The notes under the pieces: generated by a model
What the model saw: the letters and a program-made list of their open reading frames with translations, nothing else
Told to the model about the DNA's origin: nothing
Databases searched by the model: none
In this document: piece by piece, positions 39,460 through 53,527 of the stretch
Layout: every line of letters starts with the position of its first letter
How positions within the stretch are numbered: position 1 is the first letter of the stretch
NCBI GenBank assembly: GCA_030390025.1
Contig: CM059432.1
Coordinates: forward strand, 44,208,001 to 44,272,000
Reading direction: 5' to 3'
Length of the DNA: 64,000 nt
Source: Squalus acanthias
Lineage: Eukaryota
Translations under genes and position numbers: made by a program

Positions 39460-41276
39460 GTACCGCTGTCGGAATGAGTTGATCATGGATAGCCTGGCCA
39501 GAAAGGGACTGTATTGGTTGCCTCATCCCTTCCTCCTCCTTCCCCTCCTCGATCTTCACTGTATATCTGGTGGCAAGGGCTGTGCCCTAATGATAGCGAG
39601 GTTAGACAGCATGCAGCAGACCACGACGTATCTTGAGATGCACTCTGCCGAGTACTGCAGGGCTCCTGTAGAGCGGTCCAGGCAGTGGAAGCGTTGCTTA
39701 AGCACCCAAATGGTTTGCTCAATCACATTGGGTGTGGAGGCATGGATTTTGTTCTTTGCATGCTGCCCAAGTGTGCTTTGGTTTCGAACTGGTGTCATGA
39801 GCCAGGTGGTCAGCGGATAGCTTTGTCGCCCAGTAGTCACCCGCTGGTTTGTCGTGGTAGCTCAAATGCGGATGGTACAGCGGACTGCCGCAGAATGGGC
39901 AACACGGTGGCATAGTGGTTAGCACTGTTGCCTCACAGCGCCAGGGACCCGGGTTCGAATCCGGCCTCGGGTGACTGTCTGTGTGGAGTTTGCACATTCT
40001 CCCCGTGTCTGCGTGGGTTTCCTCCGGGTGCTCCGGTTTCCTCCCACAGTCCAAAGATGTGCGGGTTAGGTTGATTTGGCTATGATAAATTGACCCTTAG
40101 TGTTAGGGGGATTAAATACGTGGGGTTATGGGGATAGGGTGGGATATGTGTCGGTGCAGGCTCGATGGGCCGAAATGGCCTCTATCTGCACTGTGGGGAT
40201 TCTGTGATTCTGTGAATGAAGGCATCATGACGCCTGCCAGGATACCGAGCGTTGACCTGCATGATGCGCTGAGTATGGTCGCACACCAGCTGGACATTGA
40301 GGGAGTGGAATCCCTTCCGGTTGTGGTACATCTCCAAATTCACGTGCGGCACCTGCAAAGCGATGTGTGTGTAGTCAATGGCACCCACCACCATGGGGAA
40401 GCCTGCTATGCTGGCAAAGCTGCATGCTCGCTCCACCTGCTTCTCTCTGGCCAACAGAATAAATTGTATTCACCTCTCTTTATATACAGAGCCTCAGTGA
40501 CCTCCCTTATGCAACAGTGCACAGCAAACTGGGAGATGTTGGAAATATCACCTGCTCCAGCCTGGAAAGAGCCCAATGCATATAAATTAATGGCCACACT
40601 CACTTTCACAGCCACTGGTAATGTTGTCCTCGCCCTGCTCTGAGGCTGCTTGCTGAGAGCTCTTCTCCGCGCCCCCCCCCCCAACCCCCCCCCCACTCCC
40701 TCTTCGAGCAGCTTGTCATCCTCTGTGTTGCCTCTGGTCATTCTCCCTGTCATGCTGCAGGCCAAGGGGGATACAAACTACTGCATCCATGTCTGCGAGT
40801 AACTGGTCTGAGCAGAAACGTTGAAGTAACCTGCCACACCACTCCCTGGAGACTACTTCAACCTCAAATAAGATAACAAACCACCAAACACTTCTACAAA
40901 CTCACCAAGAGCCAATAGAAATCAATCAGTTACTAACCTGAAAGCAGTTGACGATCCCTTTAAATAGCGCTGTTTGGGGGTCCGTCCTGCTGCTGAACGC
41001 ATGTTCAGCTGCGTGTGTTTAAGGGCGTTAGATGGAACGTTGAGGTTGAAAATGGCAGCCCTGGCGTCAAATCAGCGTTGCACGCTGACTTGCGTCACAA
41101 CCTGCCTACTCTGCATACTTCTAGCGCACGCTTCCAGCGCCCGCGCTAATGACCTCACCATAATGGCGAGCGGCATGGCCCGCACCAGAAGTGTGCACGT
41201 ACGGATGCCATTTTGGACCCAAAACAGCTCCCATAGCCGCAAAAAACAGGGCACTACAGAGCCAAATTTCGTGGCC
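39460..41276 (-). mobile_element. Harbinger left half with a HARBI1-like transposase pseudogene
   Basis: LPVAVKVSVAINLYALGSFQ, GAIDYTHIAL, NRKGFHSLNVQLVCDH, HDAFIL, IEQTIWVLKQRFHCLD; terminus AAATTTCGTGGCC. Confidence 0.9.
39898..40213 (+). mobile_element. Full-length HE1-type V-SINE inserted into the transposase
   Basis: Near-identical to 5295-5610. GAATG duplicated at 39893-39897 and 40214-40218. Confidence 0.93.
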
Positions 41277-41289
41277 GCAGAGTCTAAAC

Positions 41290-41838
41290 CCGGAAGTGTA
41301 AGAGTATTTAATCCAATGACAAATCATGTATGGAAAACAAAATAAAGAGAGGGAAAGAAAGATGGGATTATGAGAGATAAAAGAGACAAAAAGAAAAAGT
41401 AAAAACAAAATTATTTTTACTTTAAAAATGTTTTTAAATCGGCAACAATAATTAAAATCTGAAGGAATAAGACTCCACTCTTGTAAAAGTTAATTTTCAG
41501 TGTCAGAGAGGTTGTTTGGCAGTAATTACAACTTATCACACCATTAAAAATTTATTTACACTTGAATGATCAAGCCCTAACTTTTTCTGGCGTGGCTAAT
41601 GGGTATCTAGTGGGTAAGTACAGCAACTTCACACCCTTCATTTATTTGAATGCCGAGTCTCTCGGCGAGACACAGTTATAGAAACATTTCTGGAGGAGCA
41701 GGGCAACTCAGACAGCAACTTCCTGATTTCCGCATTTAACTGCGCATGTGCAGACACCAGAAGCTGTTTTCCGATTTACTCCTTAATAATGGCGAGCGCT
41801 GATAGCCTCACCATTATTTCTACTGCAAAATCTGGGCC
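41290..41838. mobile_element. Partial non-autonomous Harbinger-type element (family of 15639-16816, reverse orientation)
   Basis: Ends ACTGCAAAATCTGGGCC then AAT; shares CACATGCGCAGTTAAATGCGGAAATC. Confidence 0.7.
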
Positions 41839-42437
41839 AATGTTATTGTTGAGAGCATTCAGGCTTAATTGGGGCATTCTGCAAAAGGTGCCATTTCTTT
41901 TTAATTCGTTCTTGAGATCTGGGCAATGCTGGCAAGCCTGCATTTATTGCCCATATCTTTGTGCCCTGAGAAGGCAAAATAGTAGTTGTTTTTGCAACTG
42001 AGTCAACCACAAAGTGTGAGACTGGAGATGCATGCAGGCCAGACCAGGGGTGGAAGGTTCTTTTCCCTAAAGGACATTAGTGAACCAGTTAAGCATTTAT
42101 GGCAATCCAGTAGTTTTCATAGCCATTTTTCCACAATTGACCAGATTTATTAAATTAAAAGAGCAAAATGTTAGACCAATAGGTCAAGAGCACCGACAGC
42201 AGTGGGGCAGATAGGGAATTTTAATTACCAATGATGGACATTGTGGGTTTAAAGAAATGCCACTTGCTGCTGTTCATAGACTCAGTGTGGGGGGAATAGA
42301 TACATTAAAAATCTTGTTTAATCTCCCAGTGTTTTTTTTTTCCTGCCATATAGCTTTGTTTTGCTTCCAGCAACCCTGCAGATAAATGAATGATGCAGAC
42401 TATTGTGATAAGTAACCAGTGTTTAAAAACTTTGCAG

Positions 42438-42573
42438 ACTATTTCAAGTGGATATGCGCAACGGGAAACCAAGTGGAGTGATGTTCCAACGTTTAGAACC
42501 AAACAAGATCTTAAAGGACAAGAACGACCGATAGAAAGACGCCATTCTGGTCAGGGAGATGGCACAAAGAAGG
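42438..42573 (+). CDS. C8orf88: C8orf88 orthologue coding exon 3 (TISSGYAQRETKWSDVPTFRTKQDLKGQERPIERRHSGQGDGTKK)
   Basis: tttgcag acceptor and G|GTAAAT donor. 136 bp, phase 0 to phase 1. Ends in KK directly before the (D)AERITY exon, like human ..VKKERIKY as recalled. Confidence 0.72.
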
Positions 42574-43289
42574 GTAAATAGATTATTTATATTTCTCGAC
42601 AGTATTCAGAATTCAGAGATTTATGCAGGTGTAAATTTATGAAACATACTGCAATAAACTGATTTACCCATGTCTGCAAATAGAGCAGCTCCCTTGCCAA
42701 AATAAGGGACAACTCAGGAACACTGTCCTTTTAAGAACTTTGTAAGATCCACATGGTTCTCCACTCTCTGGAATGTTCTATTTCTTGTGTTCGTCTTTGT
42801 AACTTAACTCTCCTACCTATGGTTTAGCTTAGACCAAGTTTTAAAATTAACCATGAGTTATGTTAAATCATTTACTCCAGAGTATGTGGATGCTCGCCAT
42901 GTTCTTCTCAGAAGGCAGAAAAGTAACATGCTACCAAACCACAGTCATTTATTTACATATAAACAAATGTGTCATAGCAAATTATGTAGCATGTTTTTCA
43001 TTTTACTTCTTTTGAAGTGGATACATAATCAACATCCTTACAATTTTATTATTTAGGTAGACAAAATAGCAGTGGCTTGAACCGTGTTTGCTACCTCTCA
43101 ATAATTGGAAATCACATCTTTGTCTGCTCCATTATACCTGGGGTGCAAGTAACTGATCTCATGGGATGCAGTGAAGAGGTCTAACTGCATGTAGCCAGTT
43201 ATGTGTATTTGCCACCTGCAAAGTTACTTGGCTGCAGAACAAAGAAATCCTCACAGAGGCCTTCTAGAAACATTGCTGCCAGAAAGTAA

Positions 43290-43555
43290 GGGGCAGGAGG
43301 TTTAGAGGGGATTTGAGGAAAAACTTTTTCACCAGAGGGTGGTTGGAATCTGGAACTCACTGCCTGAAAGGGTGGTAGAGGCAGGAACCCTCACAACATT
43401 CAAGAAGCATTTAGATGAGCACTTGAAATGCCATAGCATACAAGGCTACGGACCAAGTGCTGGAAAATGGGATTAGAATAGATAGGGCTTGATGGCCGGC
43501 GCTGGCACGATGGGCCGAAGGGCCTCTTTCTGTGCTGTGTAACTCTATGACTCTA
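43290..43555 (+). mobile_element. CR1 3' fragment
   Basis: RVVGIWNSLPERVVEAG plus 3' tail CTCTATGACTCTA. Confidence 0.85.
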
Positions 43556-44399
43556 AGCTATTATTAATTTGAGTTTACTCTATCTAAAATCACCTAAAAT
43601 AAATATATAATTTGCATTTCCATCACAGGGTTATCCACAAATAAAGAACCGTTCAACAGTAGTTCCTGATGGTCTGCAATATGTTGTATAAATTGTTTTA
43701 CTTGTATTTCCTCTAACCACAAGGACTATTCGCAAGAAAACATGAACTTTCTAATCTACTGGATGAACACCAACCAACTTCTAGCTCTACTACATAGATC
43801 ATAAATATCCTTCCCAGTGTCTCCATTCAATATCCTAGAGCTAATTTACTTCTTCCAATGCCTGGACCACACTCCGTTCCCAGGAACTATGAAGAAAAAA
43901 AGCAGGGGAGACCTGCTACATCAGATCTCTGCCCCCACTACATTACCACGAATTTCCGGGGCTTTTCTCAATGCGTAGATCTAGGGGTTACTAGGAGATC
44001 AACTGGTGTGTATATGTGGATATGAATATGAAATCCCAAGATTTCTAACATTTGTTTTGATAATGACTTTGCATACTCTGTGGTGGAATAGAGGAGAACT
44101 AATTTACAGCTGAGAACCATTTGAATATTCTTGTTCTGTGGTGCAGTAGAAGAATGTAACACTTGTAAAGCATGGAACCCATTTGATTGTTCATTATAGC
44201 CATGCTTTTCAAAATATGTGGCCCACTACAAATCCAAAAATACAACTTCTGAAAATGAAAGCATAGCTCATTAATGGTTATCTATAAATGGTTCAGCTAG
44301 TGTTTGATTTAAATGAGAATATATTTTAAAGGACAAGTAATTCATCCCTTATGTCTGCTCAGTACTTTCAAACTATATTATCGTGAATATAGCATATTT

Positions 44400-44633
44400 G
44401 GTTTTCAAAAAGCATTCGATAAGGTGCCACACAAGAAGCTATTACACAAAATTAGGGCTCATGGAATTGGGGGTAATGCATGGTTTGAGGATTGGTTAAT
44501 GGACAGAAAACAAAGATTAGAAATAAAGGGGTCATTTTCGGGTTGGCAGGCTGTAACTAGTGAGGTACCGCAAGGATCAGTACTTGAGCCTCAACTATTT
44601 ACAATCTACATTAATGACTTAGATGAGGGGACA
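44400..44633 (+). mobile_element. CR1 RT internal fragment
   Basis: FQKAFDKVPH..VPQGSVLEPQLFTIYINDLD. Confidence 0.85.
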
Positions 44634-44635
44634 AC

Positions 44636-47254
44636 AGTAATGGGGCACTGGCAGAGTAGATGACAGGCATGCTGTTCTCCAGAGAGAGGACAGTATGTGC
44701 CTCTCCCATGGAGCCAAGGCCACTCTCCTGGGACTGGGCCTCAGCACTCCTATGGCTCTGTGCAAGAACAGTTTGCAAGAGTGATGTGATGCTCTGGAAG
44801 CCCCTGTCAGCACTGGCCCCCAGAGTCAAGATGGTGGCCGTCTGAGCTTCCATGGCAGCACTGTGAACTGCCATGGAAGTTCACCATAGGTTCCATCATG
44901 GTGGGTGCCACTGTTGTGTTCATGGAGCTGATCACTCGTTCCATATTGGACAGAATGGTCTCCATGCTCTGCGCGAAACCCTGACACAAGTTGGAGCTGT
45001 ACTTCTCTATGCTCTGAGCCATTGCGTGCAAGCTTGCTGCCAGGCTGCCCAGTGCACCTCACATTTCCTGGTGTATGCCCATTAATCGTCTTTGGTAGTC
45101 TTGGCCCTCAAAGTCAGCATCTGAGCTCTCGGCAGCAGAGCTAGTATGTGATCTTGCCCTCCGGTGAGCTGACAATGTGGTGTTCTATCCCCTTGCCCTA
45201 GCTCCTGCACACTTGTGCGCTGTGTTTCACCATGTGACGATCCCTCCTCTAGCCTAGCCTCCAAAGTACACGTGGTGTCAGTCTCTGAAATGGTGCTTGC
45301 TAGGGTCAGATCGAGTGACAGTGCATCTTCAAGATGGCTGGCCTGCTGTTCATGAAGTGGCAGAGGTGTGTCCACATTTTCAGCACATGAAATGAAATAG
45401 AGGGACAAGGGTTAACTTTTATTATGAAGGGAGAGCAGAAGTGGTTGGTGAAAGCATCTGCAGTTTAACATGCAGATGGTATAGGGTGAGATAGAAGGGA
45501 AAAAGAAGATAAGGGTGTGAAGAAACCCTGCGCAACATCTCTTCCAGAGTGGCCATGACTCTCCTCTTGCCCGTGAGGGCCAGCACGTCGTCTTCAATGG
45601 GAGAGGATGTGCAGGTGAATTTGGCCTCCTCCATTGATAGCTTAATGCGCAGGTTGTGTGCAACCATCTCCTGCAAGAAAGAAGGGAGTGTATTACTGAC
45701 ATCCTTGTGAGGTGGTTAGAGAATGTGCCTATCATGGATGGAAAGCTGGTATGCCATGTGTAAGATGTGAGGTGTGGGGAAATGAGGGTTGCAATAGTGG
45801 TGAGTGTGTGTGAGTATGAGGAGAAGGAGGTGGAATGACATGTGGTGCTACGATTGTTGGAAAGTGAAGTGACGGGAAGTGAGAGAGGGGGCAGTATTGC
45901 AAGTAGTGAGGCTTGAGATGGTGGAGGTATGAGCAGAGAGTAAGAAAGCAGTATACTTACCTTGATAATTCTGGTGGATCATTGAACTTCTTTCAGCATT
46001 TCAGTCATGTCCTGGGAGCTTAATTCGTGGCATTGACCTTCTCAGCGACCTTTTCCCATTGGCGGCAGAGATGTTGTCTGTAGGATTATCTGCATCCTGG
46101 GGTGGAACAGGATCTCTCTCCTCCTGCATACCACCTGGACCAGGGCCTCCCATATGGCATCAGAGAATCTGAATGTCCTGTCTGGACCTCTTCAAGACAA
46201 TGGGGGAAAAATTTGGTTGCTTTGCGCCTCCCGTTAGCACGACGATGTTTGCGCCATTCGCGAAATTGACCAGACATTTTGCAGCGGCGCTCAACACTAC
46301 CACCACGATCTCCTGCGCCCACAGATCGTCATGTCAGTTGAACGTGCAATGCCCCAGTAGCGCCCCGGACCGGATATTGAGTGGCGTCTCCTGCCTTACC
46401 GCCTGCCGCTAGCAACGACAGGTTGAGGGGAGCGTTTTGCAGGGGAGCGCTATTTAAAAGTGACCGCTTCCTGCCTTTTTTTGCACCATGCATTCAGAGA
46501 GAGAGACTTCTGGAGAGATTCAACGCTGTGTGAAGGAGTTTTGGGTACTGAGCAGCACTTTGCAGGTTCATTTTGATTTGAACTTCCTTGCATCGATTTA
46601 GAAGAGACTTGGGGGCTGCACTCTGAGCTCTTTCCCTGGGCCTCTCCATTGTTCTTTCCAGCAGATTTGATGTACAGGTCTTTCCAAGCCGAGATTCAAG
46701 GCTGCAATGCGCAGGGTGTGGATGGAGAGCAAGATCGACCCTCCCCTTTAAGAACTGGCCGGCGCCAGTGTGTTTATGTTCTATTGCTGACTGACATTAC
46801 ATGAGCTTCGCCAGCGCTCTGAGGTAGTACCTCGCTCCTCGGCGTTAGCACCTTAAGAGAGGTGTGTAGCGCCTGATTTAGCGCTCCAATCACCTCCGGG
46901 GCGATAGAAACCAAGTTTGCAGTCGGTGGCGATAATTAGCCCGGCCGATAATTGCACCCCAAACAGGGCGATACTGAATTTCTCCCCCAATGTTTTTAAT
47001 TTCCAAAGTTTCCTTGTTGTCTACAGCCAGAGTGTATCTGCCTATTAAGAGGTGCTGGCTGCCTTTAAGTGGTGTCAGAGATGATTGATTTTCTGTCCCC
47101 GAACAGGCATGCAGTCAGTGAATAACAGACTACTGCACGCCTGAATCATGTAATAAGGTCCTAGTACCAATTTCACGTGTCCCTGGGATCACGTGAACAA
47201 GCACGTACAGCAGGCACCCTGACCCGTTTTTGGATACAATCGGATTTCTAATCC
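44636..47254 (-). mobile_element. Harbinger right half with a degraded spliced Myb-like gene
   Basis: Colinear with 27700-29340; minus strand RRQWEKVAEKVNAT..KKFNDP at about 45975-46070. Confidence 0.75.
46202..46988. mobile_element. Non-autonomous Harbinger-type element (787 bp) with AAT duplication, nested in an older Harbinger
   Basis: TIRs GGGGGAAAAATT / AATTTCTCCCCC; AAT at 46199-46201 and 46989-46991. Confidence 0.85.
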
Positions 47255-49949
47255 ATGGTCATTTTTTGACAATTTGGAACAGTAGAGAGCAATAAATTTC
47301 CAGCTTCCAATGGGTTTGCTTTGCGTTCAGTGTCACGAGCATGAAAAATCTTGAAGGGGTGAGTTCATGGTGGAAAAACGGTCATATTAATGAAAAGTTC
47401 AAAACAATCTCAAAAATCAGAAACATACTGTACAGTTAAACAAAATTAAAAATGCATTTTTTTGTCTTTGATATTTACTCTATTAGCATTTATATGGTTC
47501 AGTAGTGCCAATTGTATAGCCATGCAGTAAAATCCAGATTTTCTCCTCCTATAATTATTTGGGTGCTGGGGATATAGCATATAGAAATCTAGTTAGTGGA
47601 ACTGGCATTCCGACCAGAGAGATCAAAATTAATCTGAATTTGATGAGTTCTGTTTCTGTTGAGGCAGAAAAATGTAACTATCATCTATTTAGTTATTTTG
47701 AAAATTATATACTTTGCTATTTTATTATCAACCAAATACTGGAACAGCTATGGTGAAATAAGTCATTGAGATCCTTGGAGCACAAGAGCATAGATATTTT
47801 GATCAGGTTCGACCGATGATGGGCAATGCACAAATCTCACCTGTCCAACCGTACTGCACTGATCCTGCGTGAGTTTACAGTCTAATAGTAATATTGTGGC
47901 AGAGTTCCAGCCAAAGAAAATGCCTGTGATCGGGAGCTAGCCCATTGGTGAGTGAAAAATCATATTCTGTCATAGAATTTAAAGTCCTGCAATAGCTTAA
48001 AGGGTACAAATCTCTTGATTTTTAAAAAATTTTGAATTATTAAGTTTCTGTAAACTTGTGTGGAAGAAATGAAATAGGTCACAGAACTTCTTGTTTCCCT
48101 GATTCTTCTGGAGGAATTGAGACTGAGGAGGGGTTCCTTTCTTGGCAGTGAATTTGGTGTGATGGAGATAGTCAACAGTATAAATGCCACTCCACCACAC
48201 CAAACTCCTTGAGGCAGTGCCAAACAAAGTTCAACAGCCTTACCAGGAGAACCCACCATGACTTTCCATGAATGCAGTGTACCAAGCATGTATGGCATTT
48301 ACTATCACCTCCCCATCACACTGTCTTAAAGTACTTTCAAACCTTACCATGAATGCCCATGATACTGTAGAGTGTCCTTACATCCCCAAATTTCACCTAG
48401 AAGTGTGACTTCATGCAGATCCTTACATGCATCCAAAATAATTCTCCCATCTAATGTAGCTGTATGTTGTATATACGTCATCAAGTCACAATGGGCTGCA
48501 TGCTGACACTTAAGTATTACTGCATGTCATTTTGATAATTGGAATTTCTCACTTCTTTTACTCTGCTTGCAGGAGAGGATATTTCAGAACACATACGAGG
48601 AGAACCCCCTTATTTTAGATCTCTAACCCCACATAAAGAAGAAGCTCTTAAAATCTGGGAAGACAAGCCATAGAAAGTGCTGGAAATGGAAAAGTAGGTT
48701 TGCCGTCAGCTCAGGGTTAGTAATAACTTATTCTATTCTCTAATTCACTAATTCCCAGAAAAGCAAACATTTTACATTATCATTCCTACTCAAAGTTACA
48801 TGTGAAGGTTGCCCAGCAGGACACTATTGTAACCTGACTTGCTTTTCTCTTTCTCTAGGCATGTCACAGAAGGGTACGCCAGGCCCCACTACATTTGGTC
48901 ATGTCAGCATTTGACATTAGACACATCACTCACACTCTCCCCTCCATACACCAGCTCAGAAGCATTCAACCTGAGGAATTTAGAGAATGAGCTTAAGTGT
49001 AGTGCACTGAGTGAGATACAGTACAACCATGTGCAGGTGGTAGTGGTGGATGAGGAAGAGGGACCTGCTGTCTGGAGAACCAGCATACATCCCGCTTTAG
49101 CTGCTTAGCCTGGGACTCTGTCCCTCATGGGATGCGTTTGTAAAAGCAGGATGCTTTTTGAACATCAAGCATTGATGCAGTCACTAGACAGTAGATGGTA
49201 GCTCAGGTGGAGGAGTCTACTTAGCAACTGTCCTGTATGGTGGTTTTTCGATAGTACAGTTCACCATGGAAGTGTGTAGTAACTCAGATATCTGCAGCAG
49301 AACCTCCATCCCAAAGGCCCTAAGGGAAGTGGGAGCTTTTTCCACAGATGTTCAGACTGTTACCAGAATGCAATGGTTATCTCTTCCAGCTTCAGTAGGC
49401 TTGGGGGCTTTAAGGGCATGGTTTCACTGATCTCATTGGTGCCATTAGGTATGCTGTCACACTATGGTCAGACAATGCCCATTAGGAGGGCGTGTCTGGA
49501 ATGGGCACAGTTGACCATGCTGTCTCTCAGGACATCTATCCATCTAGACCCTCGGACCAATCCTCTCCAATGCCGGCACAGGTACCAGAAGCCACACAGA
49601 CCCAGTCTGCTTATGCATGTGTTGCAATATGCAACAGGTCGATCTCCGGACTCAGCTGCCAGGAAACGAGGGCTACCTGAATCCCAAGAGGCTCTTATGA
49701 ACACAATATGCCTCTCACTGAGGTATTACTTGGACAATATACAAGATTAGTTTAAGAGAACTGCCACCAAGGGGAATCACCATGGAAGCAAACACTAGGC
49801 ACTTACACTGGTAAGTTTGACATTAAACATCTGGTTGCACTGAATCTGTGTGCAGATGTGTTCTTGCAAAAGTTAGCAAGTATGTTCCATCAGATGGTGT
49901 GAATGTGCTATTTGTGAGTTGCCTGGAAGATTTAAGGCACTATATGGAA

Positions 49950-50375
49950 GTTGAGGCTTGTGTGTGGAGGGCATGGGAAGATATGGACCTCACTGTCAAT
50001 CCAGTGGTCAAGAGTAAGATAAAATGTCTTGTATTGGGATTTTCCAAAAGGCTCTCACAGCTGACATCGGGTTCTGCTTTACAGCCTCTCATGATTCCCT
50101 TGATGCATGTGGGGGCCTTCCTCCTCCAGGACCTCCAAGATGTTGCCCCTTTGCAAAGTGAAATTGGGAAGAAAGTATTCACAATGCAACAATCCTTGAG
50201 ACATTCTCTAGCTGTATTGCTGTATCCAGGCACGTAAGTGCTGCTTCAGCATGCCAATGCTCAAAGATGATCCCAGCACATCTTATCTGTGCTCAGTAGT
50301 GTCCTGGGATTCTGCAAAAGTATCCATAATCCCTGTCTCCAGAGGACAGCCTTGTTCGTTCAGGAGCCACCCTGA
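49950..50375 (-). pseudogene. Degraded Harbinger transposase C-terminal remnant
   Basis: GWLLNEQGCPLETGIM resembles GWLLGDQGYPL..LMTP. Confidence 0.45.
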
Positions 50376-50384
50376 GACAGACAA

Positions 50385-50660
50385 TAAATTATAAAGCACC
50401 TTTAACATAGAAAAATGTCCTAAAGTGCTTTGCAGAGGAGTACGAGAAAAATGGATGTTAAGCCAAAGAAGGAGATATTTGGAGAGTTGGTTGGTCAAAG
50501 AGGTGGGTTTTAAAGAGGGTCTTAAAGGAGGACAAGGAGATCAGAGGCAAAAAGATAGAGGTTTAGGAAGGGAATTCCAGAGCGGGGCATAGGCAACTGA
50601 AGGCATAATGACCAATAGTGGAATGAAAAGAGAGGGAAATGCACAAGAGGCCAGAGTCAG
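50385..50660 (-). mobile_element. L2 3' tail
   Basis: Reverse complement matches 22450-22730 (LWNSLPKPL). Confidence 0.75.
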
Positions 50661-50922
50661 CCTCTGCATGACATCCCTCCTATAGTCGTCTTCCTCTAAA
50701 AGCACAGATATGGGAGGATTCACAAGGGAAACTTATTGTGAGGTGTGGGGGACAGGGAGAGGTGTGAGAAGGCAGAATCAGAATAATTGGTACAAAGGCT
50801 CCTGAAAACCTAAGTGACAACAGAATGGCCCCCTGAGCAAAGAGTGCAGAAACAGTCCGAAAATGTAATCTTATTACTCGGCTCTTTAAATTAACTTATA
50901 TATAAAGATTAGTCCCTAGTAC

Positions 50923-51781
50923 AATCATAGAATTATACAGCACAGAAGGAGGCCATTCGGCCCATTGTGTCTGTGCCGGCTCTTTGAATGGCTATCTAAT
51001 TATTTTCACTCCCCTGCTCTTTTCCCATATCCTGGCAAATGGCTTCTTTTTTAAGTATATAACCAATTTCCTTTTGAAAGTTACAATGGAATCTGCTTCT
51101 GCTACCCTTTCAGGCAGGGCATTCCAGATCATAACAACTTGCCATGTAAAAAAGTTCTCCTCATCTACCCCCCTGGTCTTTTGCCAATTATCTTAAATCT
51201 ATGTCCTCTGGTTATCGACCCTTCTGCCAGTGGAAACAGTTTCTCCCCATCTACTCTAACAAAACCCTTCATAATTTTATATACCTCCATCAAATCTCTC
51301 CATATTCTCTGCTCTAGCGAAAACAATCCCAGCTTCTCCAGTCTCTCTACATAACTGAAGTCCTTCAGCCTTGGTACCATCCTAGTAAATCCCATCTGCA
51401 CCCTCTCTAAGGCCTTGACATCCTCCCTAAAGTATGGTGCCCAGAATTGGGCGTAACCAATGATTTATAGTTTACCATAACTTCCTTGCTTTTGTACTCT
51501 ATGCCTCTATTTATAAAGCCAAGGATCCCACAACCTTATCAACTTGTCCTGCCACCATCAAAGATTTGTGTATGTGAACCGCCAGGTCTCTGTTCCTGCA
51601 CCCCCTTTAAATGTGTACCATTTAATTTATATTGCCTCTCCTCATTTTCCTTCCAAAATGCATCACTTCACACTTCTCTGCATTAAGTTTCATCTGCCAT
51701 GCGTCTGCCCATTTCAACAGCCTATCTATGTCCTCCTGAAGTCTGCTGCTATCCTCCTCACTGTTTACTACATTTTCAAGC
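50923..51781 (-). mobile_element. CR1 3' portion
   Basis: ORF 51165-51401 (FSYVERLEKLGLFSLEQ) and 3' tail. Confidence 0.88.
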
Positions 51782-52638
51782 GTTGTGTCCCTGGATGCTC
51801 ACACATAACCATCGAGAAATTGCATACATGTCAAAATGATATCACAACTTCATTTAGATATTACAATACAGCTCTCACTTGAATTAGGCAGGAGCTTCTT
51901 GCCTAATATTTTTATTTACTACTTGTATTTAATTCAACAACAAAAATGCATTTTCGTGATTGGGAAATATACCTTCATCTGTTTAAAGACATGGCATAAA
52001 GAAAATGGCATTCTTTCCTCTCCCCTCCCTTCAGTTTTAGCAAATATTGTATAAATGCAAGATAATTAAAAAAAAATCTAACTGAGTTCTAAACAGATTG
52101 CATTGGTATTTTGGGGGGAAAAGTAGCGAATTTTCACTAATTAAAGATTTAGTGATACATTTGAGGAGTACTCCTGCAGGATTTGGAAAGGTTGGCATTG
52201 CAAGTGCCAGGCTGAAATTGTATATTATTATTTGCGCAGCAAAAATCATAAAACTAAGAATTGGATGGTAATGCGGTAGCAATAGAATTTTTCTTTTTAA
52301 TACTTAAATGTAATTTTCCCACCCTTATATAATATCTTGTATTCTGAGGGTTCAAGGGTCAAACTATCAATTCAGCCCCCACTAGAAAAAAAAATGAAAA
52401 TGGCCCCAGTAGTTTAGCTGTGATCACTCCTGCAGGTGCTTAACCAAAAATGTTTATTAAGGCAACAGTAACAGCTGGGAGCAAGCATGGTGCAGTAACA
52501 TTTGTGTGCAGTTTTAGCACTGCTCTCTACTATACCCAAAACCCTAGTGAGTAGATGGCTCAATAGTCTGTCAAAGTTGCAAATTTTTGTATTAATCAAA
52601 TGTGTGATTTTTGTTTACCAATTCAATTTACATTTCAG

Positions 52639-52751
52639 ATGCAGAGAGGATTACATACAGCAGAGAATTTCTGATGAAAATTGCCAGCCTGCCTATTTCA
52701 AAAGAGAAACCGGAGTTTTTGCCATCTCTTCCTGTGGTATTAGAGAGGCCA
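52639..52751 (+). CDS. C8orf88: C8orf88 orthologue coding exon 4 with eIF4E-binding motif ((D)AERITYSREFLMKIASLPISKEKPEFLPSLPVVLERP)
   Basis: tttcag acceptor and GTAAGT donor; 113 bp, phase 1 to phase 0. Strong resemblance to human [36 protein letters not shown] as recalled. Confidence 0.9.
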
Positions 52752-52997
52752 GTAAGTTATGCCTTTTGGATAGTATTTTTTTTATTGGTAGATCGCATTT
52801 TCTGTAATAATGCTCCAATAGTATTCATAATTTTGATTTTAGTTTGTTACCAAGATAATAAGAAAGGTTAAAAGAATGTGTCTGTATTCATTTGCTAAGT
52901 GCTCATTTTGTGGCCTGCCAATTCTGACCATCCTTTCATAGAAATATATTGCAGAACATTTCAATAAGTACATTTTGAAATCAAGAATCATATACAT

Positions 52998-53425
52998 ATT
53001 GTGTAGATTGGGCTTATACTCTCTGGAGTTTAGAAGAATGGGAGGGGATCTCATTGAAACATATAAGATTTTGAGGGGGATTGACAGGGTAGATGCTGAG
53101 AGGCTGTTTTCCCTGGCTGGAGAGTCTAGAACTAAGGGGCATAGTCTCAGGATAAGGGGTCGGCCATTTTAAGACTGAGATGAGGAGGAATTTCTTCACT
53201 GAGGGTTATGAATCTTTCCAATTCTCTACTCCAAAGGGATGTGGATGCTGAATCGTTGAGTATATTCAAGGCTGAGATAGATATATTTTTGGGCTGTAGG
53301 GATATCAAGATATATGCGGATCAGGCGGGAAAATGGAGTTGAGGTCGAAGATTAGCCATGATATTGAATGGCAGAGCAGGCTCGAGGGACCATATAGCCT
53401 ACTTTTGCTCCTTTTTATGTTCTTA
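52998..53425 (+). mobile_element. CR1 3' fragment
   Basis: RLGLYSLEFRRMGGDLIETYKIL and 3' tail. Confidence 0.88.
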
Positions 53426-53527
53426 AACATGGTGCTATAACTCACTAATTTCCTACTTTTAGATTTATTTCATGCTTATTTAAATGCTCATCAAAAAGTA
53501 TTTCTACTTTTCTGTACTTTCAACCAG

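Larger units (their letters stand above)
34650..39460 (+). mobile_element. L2-clade LINE (RT region to 3' tail), split by a CR1 and a Harbinger insertion
   Basis: PTSCSLDPIPTKLL, LLILLDLSAAFD, GVPQGSILG, HMYADDTQL and AFVTSRLDYYNALL. Colinear pieces 34650-35442, 36807-37236 and 38654-39460. Confidence 0.88.
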
